From: Chrysomallon squamiferum
Lineage: Eukaryota > Animalia > Mollusca
Direction of reading: 5' to 3'
Assembly: GCA_012295275.1 (NCBI GenBank)
Contig: CM022670.1
Span: 10,416,001 to 10,480,000 of the forward strand
Length of the DNA: 64,000 nucleotides
Shown: positions 41,542 to 54,607 of the stretch, one piece after another
Layout of the letters: every line of letters begins with the position of its first letter
Position numbering within the stretch: the stretch's first letter is position 1
Program-made: the position numbers and the translations under genes
The notes under the pieces: model-generated
Seen by the model: the letters and a program-made list of their open reading frames with translations, nothing else
Databases searched by the model: none
What the model was told of the DNA's origin: nothing

Positions 41542-43283
41542 GGCAAAATGTCCGGCAAATAAGAACTATTTTTAAACAGCGGCAATAAAGATGTTTTAGT
41601 ATTTTACATACTACTGCATATTTGTAAAGACATTTACATATATTTTGTAAGGAAATTTACAGCATTTATCTCTAACCACAGATTTACAATTATTAATATT
41701 ATACCTGTATATTTATTATAAAGACATTAATGCCATTTACATATAACCACATATGTATTTCTTTCTAAACATATTTTCGCGAAATATCCATTTATACAAA
41801 AGAATTCATTTTCTCCATTCCCTTACGCGATTCTTATTCCTACAGAAATGCGTGTTTCTTTTAATTATGTTTTATTATTTTTCGATCTTGACAGATGTTT
41901 AATAATGAATAAAACATGGGCTATCCCTAAACTGCCATTGTCGTAATTACGTCTGTGAAAGAAATCAATCGCCTCCATTCGACATAAAAAAAAATAATTA
42001 TATATAGATAGATAGATAAATAAAAATGACAGAAGGAGAGAATAGAAGATAAAAAAAAAAAACACAGATAAATACGAGGAGGGACGCGTGCAGTTTTAAC
42101 AACTGATTAACATAAAGCAGATGCTGTGAGTCAGACCTCTGATGTCTTCATGTATTAAAAATACAGTGAAGCCATTTCATTCGGTTGTTGTATCTTTTTG
42201 GCCGTGTTTGATATTATCATAGAGGTGTAGTATATCTTTGGCGATATGCATTTTAATGAGGTTATAATCGCCGTAGTATATTATGAATAAAGTTGAACTA
42301 ACGGACGTACAGTTTGATGTACTTGTGACTGTTTTAGCGTTAAATCTTTTTTTTTTTTTTTTTTAGTTCATTAAAAAGAAAAGTCTTTAAATTAATTTTT
42401 CTGCAAACTTAGGATACGCCAACTTTGCAGTTTTTGTTTGTTTATTTATTTTTATTTTAATGTTGTTTTTATTTATTTTATTTTATTTTATTTTATTTTA
42501 TTTTTTTATTTCGCACCTCTATGAACCAAATGACGTTACGATAAGACCAAGAATGTCAACCTTAAGACATCTATTTCGAATTTTTAAAATTTTAACATAA
42601 TACTTTATTGATAAGAAAAACTGATCGATCTGTAAAAAAAAAAATATATATATTTAACAACAACTTAAAAATAAACAAAATATATTAGTAACTACACAAA
42701 AGATTCAATATTACACGTTAAGATATTGATAAGCACTCACCTATTATTTGGGTTTTTTCCTTTCTTTCGCCACATATTCTGAAGAATTTCACAGCTCAGT
42801 ACGAAGACGGCACCCTGGGTTATAGTCTCATATTATCACAGTTTCCAGGTTTTTCTCAAATTTTCCGTTTTCTCTTTCATGACATAATTTTGTTCAAAAG
42901 CCTGTCATTCGCTTCATTTTGTTTTTTTAAATGGATGAGTCACCGTATTCCTTACAGTTTGTCGATTTATCGTTCTATCCACTTGGTAATTGTTTTTAAA
43001 AAAAATTTATGAAACGTTTTTCGTTTTGAAAAAAAAAAAAATGAAATATAAACAAGTAAAGAATGGAAATTATTATTTTTAAAATGAGTCTATTTTCTTT
43101 ACTGTATTTTAAATTTTTTTAGAATGAATTCTTTACCGGATGAGAAAACATAACAAATATTAAAGATTAAAAAAACAACAAAAAAAACAACAACAACGAA
43201 ACATCTTCAACAAAATTATATCTAAATCCTTTTCCAGCTGGAAAAAAATATAATAATAATACATAAAACATAAAAAAAATAAA

Positions 43284-43314
<31 letters not shown>

Positions 43315-44702
43315 AATAAAATAAAGTAAAATAATTAAAACAAAATAAAATAAATAAGTAAAATAAATAAATATATAAAATAAACAAACAAACAAACAAA
43401 CAAACAAACAAACAAACAAATGATCAAATGAACAAACAAACAAACAAGTTCCTATTACCAGTTTCTCCATCACTCTTGAGTCCAAGAATTGAAAAAAAAA
43501 AAAAAAAAAAAAAAAATAAAAATGAAAAAGAAATTCACAAGCTTTGTTCAAGTTTTGTCTCTGGACCCTCAGTACCCAACCAGCTGTCTCAAAAATCCAG
43601 CCACATCTAGAGCTCCTGTCCCTCGCTTCGTCTTTCGTCTTTCGGACTGGTCCAAGTGCGGGGGTGGTGCCAACAAGAGGCAAGAGCGTTAATGAAAATT
43701 AAACGCACGAAAAACGGCATGTTTTTGGATACTGACACACACACACACACACAACACACACAAAAAAATCAATTTCAGGGACCGAAATATCTTAATATAG
43801 GAACGTTCGACTTATGCATTATCATACACAGCTAAAAAAAAAAATAACAAAAAAATATTTTAAAAAATGGTTCTTTGTAATTTCGACCGCTATGCTTTGT
43901 CACTGAAAATGATTTTTTTTTTTTTTTTTTTTTTTTTATACTTGATGAAGTCCATTCTCTGTGTCGCTTGAATCAATAAGAATAGTTGCAAATGTGTGCG
44001 AAGTAATCCTGCCGATCGATAACGGTTTGCATGATGATAACGAGTAGCGATAGAACCGTTAATTTATGCAACGGTATTTCTCTCACACAGTTTTTTCTTC
44101 TTTTTCTTTATTCAGTATTCGTTTGATTATTTTTGTTTACTGTGTGCATTTTAAATGTTAATTAAAAATGTTGTTGGTGGTGGTGCTGCTTAGTATTTTT
44201 AATGATTCTAAAAGAAAATAATGAATATTCTATAAACTACGGCATGATACTGCTGTGTACAACAGAAGAATGAATAAATATATAATAGTTAATGGGTTTT
44301 GGCAAGAACAAAAAGAAATTGAATTCTGATTTTATTGGGGTTTTTTCTTTCTTTCTTTCTCTGTTCTTTGTGCTGATTTCTAGACTCTTAAAACGTTAAT
44401 AATGAAACTACAAAACTGTAAACAGTTGGTTACTTTTAGTGTTTTCAAAAACGCATTTATAAAAGCGTGAATTAAGAATAGACATTCTCTAAAATCGATA
44501 TCAGGAAAAAGATAAAAACAAAAAGCAGTTAAAAAAAAAGTATTTACACAAAAATGCCATTTATAAAATAAAAGACAGACAGATTTAAGAAAAAAATGCC
44601 AACGCACACACACACATATATACAGAAAAAACAGAATAATGATAATGATAATAAAAAAATAATAAAAATCTCACAACAAGGAGTAACAACATTTTCACTT
44701 AC

Positions 44703-45250
44703 CTTTTTCTGAAGTACCCAGACTTCACTTTCTCTTCCTTTCTGTCCGGTGAAATTAGAGATTTAGAGAGAAAGAGAGAGAGAAAGAGAGAAAACAGAGA
44801 CAGGGAGAGAACGAGAAGAAGATTGAGAGAGAGAGAGAGCCGGATGGAAAGAGAGAAAGAGAGAGAGAGAGATCTGTACGTCTTCGTATTTGTGGCAAAA
44901 TCCTAAATTTTGCAAAATGGCTTCGAGACACGGGCTGCACCTCTGTGGAGTTAGAGTCTAACAAAAGCTGTTAACACCTGCCTTGAATTCCAGGGATCAG
45001 TTCCTAGCAACTTAACATTCTCATACACAACTCTCGGCGAAGACCAACACTCTATGCATTGTCTGTTCGTGTTCAGGCTGTACCTGTCCTCGAGAAAGAC
45101 ACGCCGTATGTTGACAAGTTCTAGGATGACAGAATCTCTCGAAACGGTGCTCACAGACGCCTAGTCCAGCACTTTGCAATTAACGCCTGCATACCATCAC
45201 TAGAAGTCTTCCACAGAACCTCTCTGTCCGAGTCTGCGCAGACGACACTC
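44703..45250 (-). ncRNA. candidate non-coding first exon of the pri-miR-124 host transcript (5' boundary approximate)
   Basis: A perfect splice donor AAAG|GTAAGT lies on the minus strand at 44703/44702, at the edge of the largest GC-richer island in the window and directly downstream of a CCAAT-rich promoter-like segment. It is on the same strand as mir-124 and contains no convincing ORF. Confidence 0.4.
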
Positions 45251-45720
45251 GCCGCCGATTGGTAGCGTTCTCCTGTATGAATAATAGATGAGAGGTGGCC
45301 ATCACCGCGCGAGAGAATGGCGTTTTCCTATGGCTTTAAATTGGATAAAGTCAGGAGATTCGTTTTAAGCATGTGCGGCTGCCGCATTTCTACTTCTTCC
45401 CCAAACCGTGCAAGAAACGCGCCGCCATATTGGTATCAGATCACTTGCAGTAGTCACCGGAAATGATTAAATTTCTCGTCCGTCCAGATTCTGGACAGCT
45501 CTGGTCGTCTGCTGTGTGAACCGGCGAGCTCGCGCACGCTGATCGAAATAACCTTCGGCATGTTCTGGTTTTGGGTTTTAATTGATGGCCAATGTGACAG
45601 GCAAACGAAGAAGCATAGCTAAAAGCCTGACTAGCATGGCAGAAAATTACTACGAGGCTTGTCGCCAATCAATACTCTCGGCTGATTACTAATGCCCATT
45701 TCTGAAGGGCTGTATAAGGG
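45200..45720. promoter_or_regulatory. candidate CpG-rich, CCAAT/YY1-type promoter
   Basis: ATTGG at 45258, 45340 and 45429, and CCAAT at 45589 and 45665. YY1-like GCCGCCAT at 45421-45428 and AATGGCG at ~45316. CpG density is high relative to the flanks, and an RFX half-site CCTAGCAAC lies nearby at 45003-45011. Confidence 0.55.
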
Positions 45721-48289
45721 ATGCATTCCCATAAACTTATTGCCTCGCTGTGACAAAAAAAAAAAAAAAATAGAATAATAAAAAAAAAGCCCCATAATAA
45801 TCAATACTTGAATCGCTTTTCTTACTGCGTTCTTCCACTCTTGGCTTTGTTCACGTGAAACTGAAAACAAAGGTTGGTGATTTTATCTGTCCTGATTGAT
45901 CAGACGAACAGCTTTGTTTCCATAGTGAAATCCGTGCTGTCTCTCCCTTCCCCGTTTGCCGCTAGGAGGCGCTCCATCGCCTTTGGGTATCGGCGGTCGC
46001 AATCGGTCGTAGAGTCCCGTGTTTTCCCGTAATGAAGTTTTCCCAATTGATTGAAACTCGCCGCGCAGTTATGTGCTTTATTGGAAACTGAAATTGGAAA
46101 AAGTGTCTGAGGTATTACACGCAGCATCTCAAGCAGAAATTAATACAGGCGGTTCTTCAAGACAAAATTAAGACAAACAACGTCCCATGAAAACCTTCCC
46201 AAAGAGGCATTCTCCGATATCTTAACGAGTTTTTTTTTTCCAACGAAATCGAAAAATATGACAACGAATATTTACTCAAAAGCACAAAGCATGTTTGAAA
46301 TTTTTGAAAGAAAACAACAAAAATGTTTGAAGGGCCTCTTTGTAGAATAAAATTTTTTTTATAATATATTTCACTGTACTTTTTGAGAAAACTATTTTTT
46401 TTTTTTTTTAATAAGTTTTCATTGGTGACATACTATACATTTCAGGCATTCATTCTTTTTTTATTCTTCTTCTTCTTTTTTTCGAACTTGCGTTGTATTA
46501 TTTATAAAATCATCAGACTTTGAAATATGAAGTAGCAACCACTGAAAATTGTATTGTTTGAAAAATAATGATGTGGCTTAAATTCGTTTATTTTTCTTTG
46601 TTATAACTGTCTTAGTAAACGCCATTTTATTCCATTGTTTTAGGCCTCGCTATTTTCACAGTGATGTATGAAAGTTGTCTCGTTAAAATGAGAACACGAA
46701 TCCGACACACTCTTAAATCTGTTCTTAAGCAGAACTGTTTCCTACAATTTCGTATTTATTATATCTCTTCATTTACGTAATTTTTTTTTTTTCCCATTTT
46801 TAAGTTTGATTTCGACATTAAATACTGCAATGTATAGTATGCAAAGCTAATATGTTTTCATTTTGTTTATTATCTATCTATCTGTCTATCTATCTGTCTA
46901 TCTGTCTGTCTATCTATCTATCCATCTATCCATCTATATATCTATCTCTCTCTGTCTTTCAGTTTGTCTCTCTCTCTGTCGCTTTATCAATCTATCAATC
47001 TTTCTATCTATCTACCTGTCTATCTACAATCTCTCGCTTTTGAATTCCCTGTGTGTATGTATGTGTGTGTGTGCATATCTATTGTGTGATTATCTACTGT
47101 GTGTGTATGTGTATGTATATATGTGTGTTTGATTGTGTGTCTCTGTATGTGTGTATGTATTGATATTGATATTTCAAATATTAATGAATCCAGAACAATG
47201 CGACTATAATGTTAACCATTCACAAAGTCAAATTGCCTTTCAAATGACAGGTGTTTAAAATGGTAATACCAACACAATTGATTTAATAAGCCTTTGCTTT
47301 AAATTATGTTTCATTACATTACCAGGGCATGCGAGTACCTTTTTATCTGACAGCCTTATTAATCATTTATTAATTAATCAGTTCTTTCTTAGCCTGCTTC
47401 TTAACGCAAAATCAATGACAAGCTTATTTTGTATAATCGTATTCAGTAACAATAAGAATAAGGCTGAAAGAAAGAATAAAAGATGAAAAAAAAAGCAACA
47501 AAAGTATCAGCAATATCACTGTATTAAAACAAAAAAAAACACACACACAAAAAAACAAACACATCCAGACTAACACAAATAGCATAAAATTATATAAATA
47601 AAGTCATATAGTGTAATGTATTATAAAGTTTTGTAATGTAATGTAATATATATATATATATATAAAATGAATTGAAATAAAATGAAAAAAAAACCCAAAG
47701 TAACCAACTAGCGATCTAACTAAATAAATAAAGAAATAATATGTATACATTTTCAAAGATAACAGCAGTTGAAACCGTAACATCAAAAATCACAATAACA
47801 ACAGCAACAATAACAATAATACCAACAACTATAATAATAACAACAACAATAATATTGAAAACAATAATTCAAATAAAACAGTAATAGTAATAGAAATATC
47901 AGTAACAATAATAACATTAATAAAAATAGCAACAATGACAGCATTAACAACAACAACAATAACCTTAATAATAATATAATAATAATAACGATAAGAATAA
48001 CAATAACAAAGACAACAGTAACCGCAACAATCAAAACAACAACAACAACAACGGCAATATCGAAAATAATAAAAACAGTAATTATAACAACAGTAACAAC
48101 ACCAGTAACAACAATGACATCAACAATGATAATAATCGGAAATTATTTTTATTACGCAATACGCTGTAAAAATATCTCAGAATGTTCAATGGTTTGTTTA
48201 AAATTAACACCAGCGTGGAATCATTTTGCTTCAAAATCGATAAACATTTTAGTTTGGATAAAGTGTTAACTAGAAGGTTAATTATCAGC

Positions 48290-48303
48290 GTCGCCATGGC
48301 AAC
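48290..48303. promoter_or_regulatory. RFX X-box motif GTCGCCATGGCAAC
   Basis: 13/14 match to the perfect palindromic X-box. Confidence 0.6.
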
Positions 48304-50591
48304 ACAGTCTGTACATCTTTTAACCATTCGATCAGGACGCTGTTAACGTTAATGATGATGATGAGTAGCAAGATGACGATGATGTTAATGAAGAATTATT
48401 AATCCATTGCTGAAAATATATTTTGATTGACAAATGCGCCTTGTCAGATGTATATGTGTGTGTTTGTGTGTGTGTGTATGTGTGTGTATGTGTGTGTGTG
48501 TATGTGTGTGTGTGTATATTAATTATTTGTGTGTAAATTCTTCATTCCTGTTTTGAACGTTTGTTTTTCTTATCACAAGCAGATAGCAATAAGACACATT
48601 TCCGGATTTGATTCCCATTTTAAAAATAAAATTTGATTTTAAACAATTAGTTTCTACTGAAATTGTCCAACAGATGTGTTTTGGCTTCGAAAACCGTTTT
48701 CATCGAAAGTTATAGGTCACTGAGAAGAGTGATTGATGTGCATGACTTCAAAGGTTTTTAATCTAAACCTTAGTTCGTCATTCCAACGTCGAATCCTTTA
48801 TTTTAACAAACCTCAAAGTGCAGCGAATTCTTGAAGTTATCACCGTAACAATTAAGAGCCTTTTTAAACATTATCATTCTCTCGATCAACCGGAAGCTAT
48901 ATGCTGCACGGCTAAGTCAGCCAATCAACGCAATTGTTTCAGGTCTCTTTAAGTTACAAAAGTGCAGTATGAGTTACTCCGATATCGGAATAATGGCCCA
49001 TTCTGTTATGCTGATCATCAAGGCCTGTGATTGGCAAGACAAAGAAAGTATTGGAAATCCATATACTTCAGATGATGTCCTATGTTGTCAAACAATTAGA
49101 CTTTCTACACAGTTAGATAATCACTTGTTACCCGTGCATGCAATAACCTCATCACAACACAAATTTGTCACATTCACTTAGGACAAATATTTAGGTAACA
49201 TCACCGGCATTCATAAACACGAGTTATGTCACGGTCGTTGAGTTCATGTGCAGCAGATGCCGAGTTCGAATCTCAGACATTTACGTACTCTGAGAAAATA
49301 TGAAAAGCTACATTCAAACTAACCGTCACGTTAAATACCAGTTTCCATCAGAGACGTAAGTGTTACGTCGTAACCAAAGCAGCCGTTGTGTTTGAATGGT
49401 TGCTTCCAAGTTATTATTAAATCGCTAACAAATATGATGAACACTGACGAGGAAAATAATTAATTTTGGCTGCATAAATTGTAAGACGACATTTTGAGTA
49501 ATTTTAGAAGCATTTTTAACACTGCTGTTAACTTTAGCGAAGCATTCATGCTGAAGAAATGGATTATAAGATCTAAAGAAAAGGACTATCATACATTTAA
49601 TTAATAAATTTATTTATTTATTTATTTATATAATAAATAACATATTTCTTTGTTTCTTTAGATAACAATTTCTACAAACAAACATTATGTTTATGAAAGA
49701 AATACTAAAACAACTGACGATAACATTGCAGCACAATAATCAAAAACAAAAAATCTTAAAGATTATATCTAATTCATATTGTTGTCATTTACACTTTTCT
49801 GCCTTCTCAGAATGGAGCAAAAAAAAAAAAAAAAAATCGTGTTTAGAAAACTACATAAAAACATCCTTCATACTACGTGAATAAGCAAAGGTTAAAAAAA
49901 AAAATATATATGTCTAAGACTTAACTAACCTTTGAAAAGTTGTGTCTGATCTTACATCCGAAAAAAATCTCTTTAAATTATTTTCTTTCCTGTACACTCC
50001 ATTATATATATATATATAAAAGATAAAAAAAAGAGAAAAAATTTGGGCGCCAGAACATCTCACAAATTTTTTTAAAACTCGAATTTTAATCATTTTTACA
50101 CGCGGCATCTGAACAGAAAGTAACACAACAAAAGAAAGTCCAATTTCAAAACCGACTTTATCCAGCAAATATTTCATTTTAGTTTGAACTTCTTGTCACG
50201 GCGTTATCTGAATTAAGACACAACACCGGGGTCGTTGAGACGGACTCTGGGAGCCGGTGATGTTTGTTTAAGGCAATGTTCGAAATTAAGTTATTTAATA
50301 AACCTATCTCCCCAGCCATTTCAATACAGACTGAATCCAATATCGTGACCCTAGCAGCAAAAATGATTAAATATAATAAACAGAAGCTGCAGTTCTTTTC
50401 AGAAGTGATGGATTTTGTTGTTGACGATAACTAGAACAACAACAACAAGAACATGAGTAATAATAATAATAATGATGATGATGATCATCATCATCATATA
50501 CAACAAAAATATATTTTTGGTGATGGTTTCCATATCTTTCTGATGAAATACATTAAATGGTAAAAAGACTGCTCATAAAAATAGTTTTGAT

Positions 50592-50679
50592 ATATATCCC
50601 TAATATACATATAAAGTTCAGAATAGTATTTATTACTTCATACAAACACTCACAGTTATATATATATATATATATATAT

Positions 50680-50749
<70 letters not shown>

Positions 50750-50816
50750 AAACTGTGTGTGTTTGTATGAAGTAATAAATACTATTCTGAACTTTATATA
50801 TATATTAGGGATATAT
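50592..50816. repeat. long inverted repeat (fold-back) around a (TA)n-(GT)n-(TA)n core
   Basis: 50592-50657 and 50751-50816 are reverse complements at 64/66 positions. (TA)n tracts extend each arm to ~90 bp around a ~40-bp (GT)n spacer. Confidence 0.95.
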
Positions 50817-51660
50817 TCATATACACACTCATATACACATATATACACAGGTAACATACACATATACATGTACACACACTAATTTCATAATAGTTACGAA
50901 ATCAATCTCAGTAAAATGACCTTTAGTTGTTTTTAGAATTGTTCTGGTGAATTAGTTTGATTTCATTTTTAAAAATGAAAATTCTTTAATTTACTGATTT
51001 ATTTTCTTCATCTTTTCATCAAACCGTAAAACCTTTCTTCAAAAACCAAAAAAAAAAAAAAAAAAAAAAATAAATAAATGTAAAAAAATAAAAAAAAAAA
51101 AAAAAAATTAAAAAAAAATAAAGCTAAATAACAAATTCGGGAATATTTCATTGAATTATATGGTTATAAAATCGCTAATTTAGGTTCATTGCCTGAGGAA
51201 ACATAAACGGGAAAAAAAATCATTACAAAAAAGTCCTGTTGCTATGAAGCATCTTAATTCTAATAACATTAGCTAGTAACTTTGATTAGCCAGAAGAAAA
51301 AAAAAAAAGGAAAAAAAAAAAAAAAGAAAAAACATTAGCTTATTCTTTTTCATTACGTATTTCCACCAGTTTTCTCTAAACGTATTTTCTTTACGATCAA
51401 CACGTAACTAACGTAACGTTATGATATTTTAAAAAACTGCGTTTAATTCCTGCTATTTATGCATATATCACTTGGGAATATTTTTTGTTTCCAGTGATAC
51501 GTGATATCTCTGAAACAAATGAAAGATGAAAAGAGATTATTCTGATAGGATTAGGTTGTCACTAAGCCTAATCGACCTTGATCGTGAACAACTGGCTTAA
51601 GACAAATGATTATTTATCCCCAACATTATACAGCGAAGATATAATAATCATAATAATAGC

Positions 51661-51709
<49 letters not shown>

Positions 51710-51906
51710 GCAGTAACAACAATAAGTAACAACACAAATGACAGCAACAACATTAATAATAATAACAACAACAACAGTAATACTAATAATACTACTAATA
51801 CTACTAATAATAATATTTAAAAAATAAAGAAGAAAGAAAATGAATGAAATAAATCCTTTATCGGTACTACTAATACTACTTCTATAATGATTATTATTAT
51901 TATTAC

Positions 51907-51955
<49 letters not shown>

Positions 51956-52387
51956 GCTGAAGAACTATGATTATCAAATACATAGTGTAAACGTTTATTA
52001 TTAAGGTATTACTATGAACTGTATTTATCATCATAACCATCATCATCGCCAGTAGTAGAAGCAGGGTAAATAGTTGTTATACAGTACTTATTGTAGTAGC
52101 TGTATTAATATACATATATGCATCGTAGAAGCAGTAGTAGTAATTGTATTAGCAATAATAGTAGCAGCAGTGGTAGTGGTAATAGTAGTAACAGTAGTAG
52201 CAGTAGCAGCAGCAGCAGTAGCAGTAGTAGCATTGGTGCTAGAAACAGCAGTAAAATCTAATAACTGCTAACGCCGAAGAAACTATTTCTGAGCTTTTGA
52301 ATTACACCAGGACGTTAGGTCCAGTTCAGCTGTTTTCATCGTTTTCCGTGAAATCGGCGGAAATCATTCGCACGGTTTGCGGATATC

Positions 52388-52401
52388 GTTTCTATGGAAA
52401 C
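52388..52401. promoter_or_regulatory. RFX X-box motif GTTTCTATGGAAAC
   Basis: Near-palindromic 14-bp X-box in a CpG-richer island that also has a full CRE (TGACGTCA, 52497-52504). Confidence 0.55.
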
Positions 52402-54576
52402 CACGGGTATCTTTTCCGTCAATTGGACGGACGTCATTTTCGGAGAAATCGGCGGATGCAATCGTCGTCGTATCCGCAGATGTAATGTACGGTTGCTGAC
52501 GTCAAATAAAACCAATTCATTGGTCACCACAAAAAACAAAAACAACCCTGACTTCACCTAAAGTAACCTAGAACGAAGCAGTTGTTTGTTTTAACGACAA
52601 AAGCAGTGACGCGTAAAATCTGATTTCAACAGAAAAGCAGGAGGAATCTTTAACGGCTGCAGCTCTGACGTAGGCAGTTGTAGAATTTTACAAAAAAGTG
52701 TTCGAGCGAGACTTGAAGATTCCTCTTGACCAGATACGTATGTACATACTACTAACGATTGCAGACGCTGGTGTCTGAAATTAGATACGAAAAAGAAAGA
52801 TTCAAAATCAATATTCTCGCCAATACGGACACAATTTCCATCATTTTCGTATAAATAGACTCATTTTTGAAATATTTATGGATCCTCCTTCTTTAATGAC
52901 AAAGACAGATTTGGAAATAATTCAAAATTTCCAGCAGTCATGAATAAAGTTATCAGATGAAAGACTTGAATAGTTACCATATCATTACTGCACTAATACG
53001 TTACCAAAATTACTACACTAAATTTAAGAATGTTTCAGAATTGGTTATTCCTCTTAGATACGGTGATTACGCTCAGAAATTAAGTTTGCGATGCCTCGTG
53101 GGGTCTGGAATGTAATGGAAACAAAGTATGTCATTAAGTTATATTTTCTAGTGATAACAGCTTTGCAACTGTCCTTTAAGACATTCGAGCAGCTTCTAGG
53201 AATGATATAATGATTTTTGAACAGATTTTAAATAACAGAAAACCAAAAAAAAAAAAAAAAAAATAAAAAAAAAGCAAACACCTACTGTTCTTTAAAGGTC
53301 ATCTAATATTTGAAAAATAAAATAAAAAAGAATCACACTAAAGTAACGACTTTCCTTTTCCCCAAAAAATAAATTTAAAAAATGAATTGGGGAATGTTCA
53401 GTAATAAAAACAAATATTGTAAATTGCATGTCATAGCTTTGCAAGAAAGATAAATGTCACTGATCTTTAAATGAAGTAAAATTATTATTATTTTTTTTTT
53501 TTGTCCTCTTATTTTTGCATGTCGTCGGTTTTATTTCTCTCTTTCGTTTTACTTCTCTCTCTTTCGATCCATCTGTCTGTATGTCAGTCTGTATACGAAT
53601 ATCTATTCCTGTTCTACAACATCTCCTTCTTTCAGTGGTTACTGCAACATAAGTAGAAAAGGTGCTAAGCTAATATTATTTTATCAAAGCTTAACAAGGG
53701 CTATCAAATTCGTACCGATCATTTATACATTGCAGAGGTTACACATCGAACCGTCCAGGGATTTGTTATATAAATAGATCGTTCGAATTATCGCTCATCT
53801 TTACCAAGCGATCTTTTCTTTTTTTATTTAACAAAAACACAAAAGTTAAAAAAAGGGGGATGTTTTTTTTTTTTTTTTTTTTTTCATTGCTTTTTACCCA
53901 CACCAAAAATATGCAGCTGTTATTGGCGTATGTGTTTCTTGACAACAGAACTGATGCTATCATCCATCTAGAGTGAGTTCATGCGTAAAGGGTCCATCCG
54001 CCTGGCACCATAGCATTTAACGTCATCGGGTTTTATGGCTGGCGCAGAGTCTCGAGAGCTCGATAAAGGAATATTCCACATCGGCGTGTCCGGAATATAC
54101 GTAGGCGACTAGCTCAAAAAGCTGGTCTTGGCGTAAACCCAGAGGAAAAAAAAAAAAATGTTTTATATGTGTGTTTGACTTTGAAATCAGTAAATTTAAA
54201 TTTAAGAAAAAAAAAATTTAAATTTAAAAAAAAAAAGTAAAAATAATAATTAAAAAAAAATTATATTGAAAGGAATTGTTCGTCTGAATTATATTGCTTA
54301 GTACTTTAAGGTTTATGAATTTTTTTTTTTTTTTGTTCGAAAATTTAATTATAAACATTCCCTGTGAAACCTTGCCCGTGAAAAAGCATTCATTTGTTTT
54401 AATTTTCTTCTTTTTTTTTTTTTTTTTTTTACCTTTTTTGTTCTCGGAATTTAATATGTTTATTTCATCATTTTAATTTTATTGGTAGTTGTGGCGGTAG
54501 GCTTAATAGTAATAACGAAAAACCAGCATCTACCACTATTACTGCTGCAACTACTCTTGATCCTGCTGGTGTTTCA

Positions 54577-54607
<31 letters not shown>

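Noticed and set aside
45196-45213. ATCACTAGAAGTCTTCCA resembles a bulged miR-7 target site (or miR-7 itself on the minus strand)
   Set aside because: It has a 3-nt insertion, no 3' match and no hairpin. As a target it would need a plus-strand transcript, opposite to the inferred host RNA.
53106-53130. TGGAATGTAA, a miR-1-like start
   Set aside because: Only 10 nt match and there is no complementary 5p arm.
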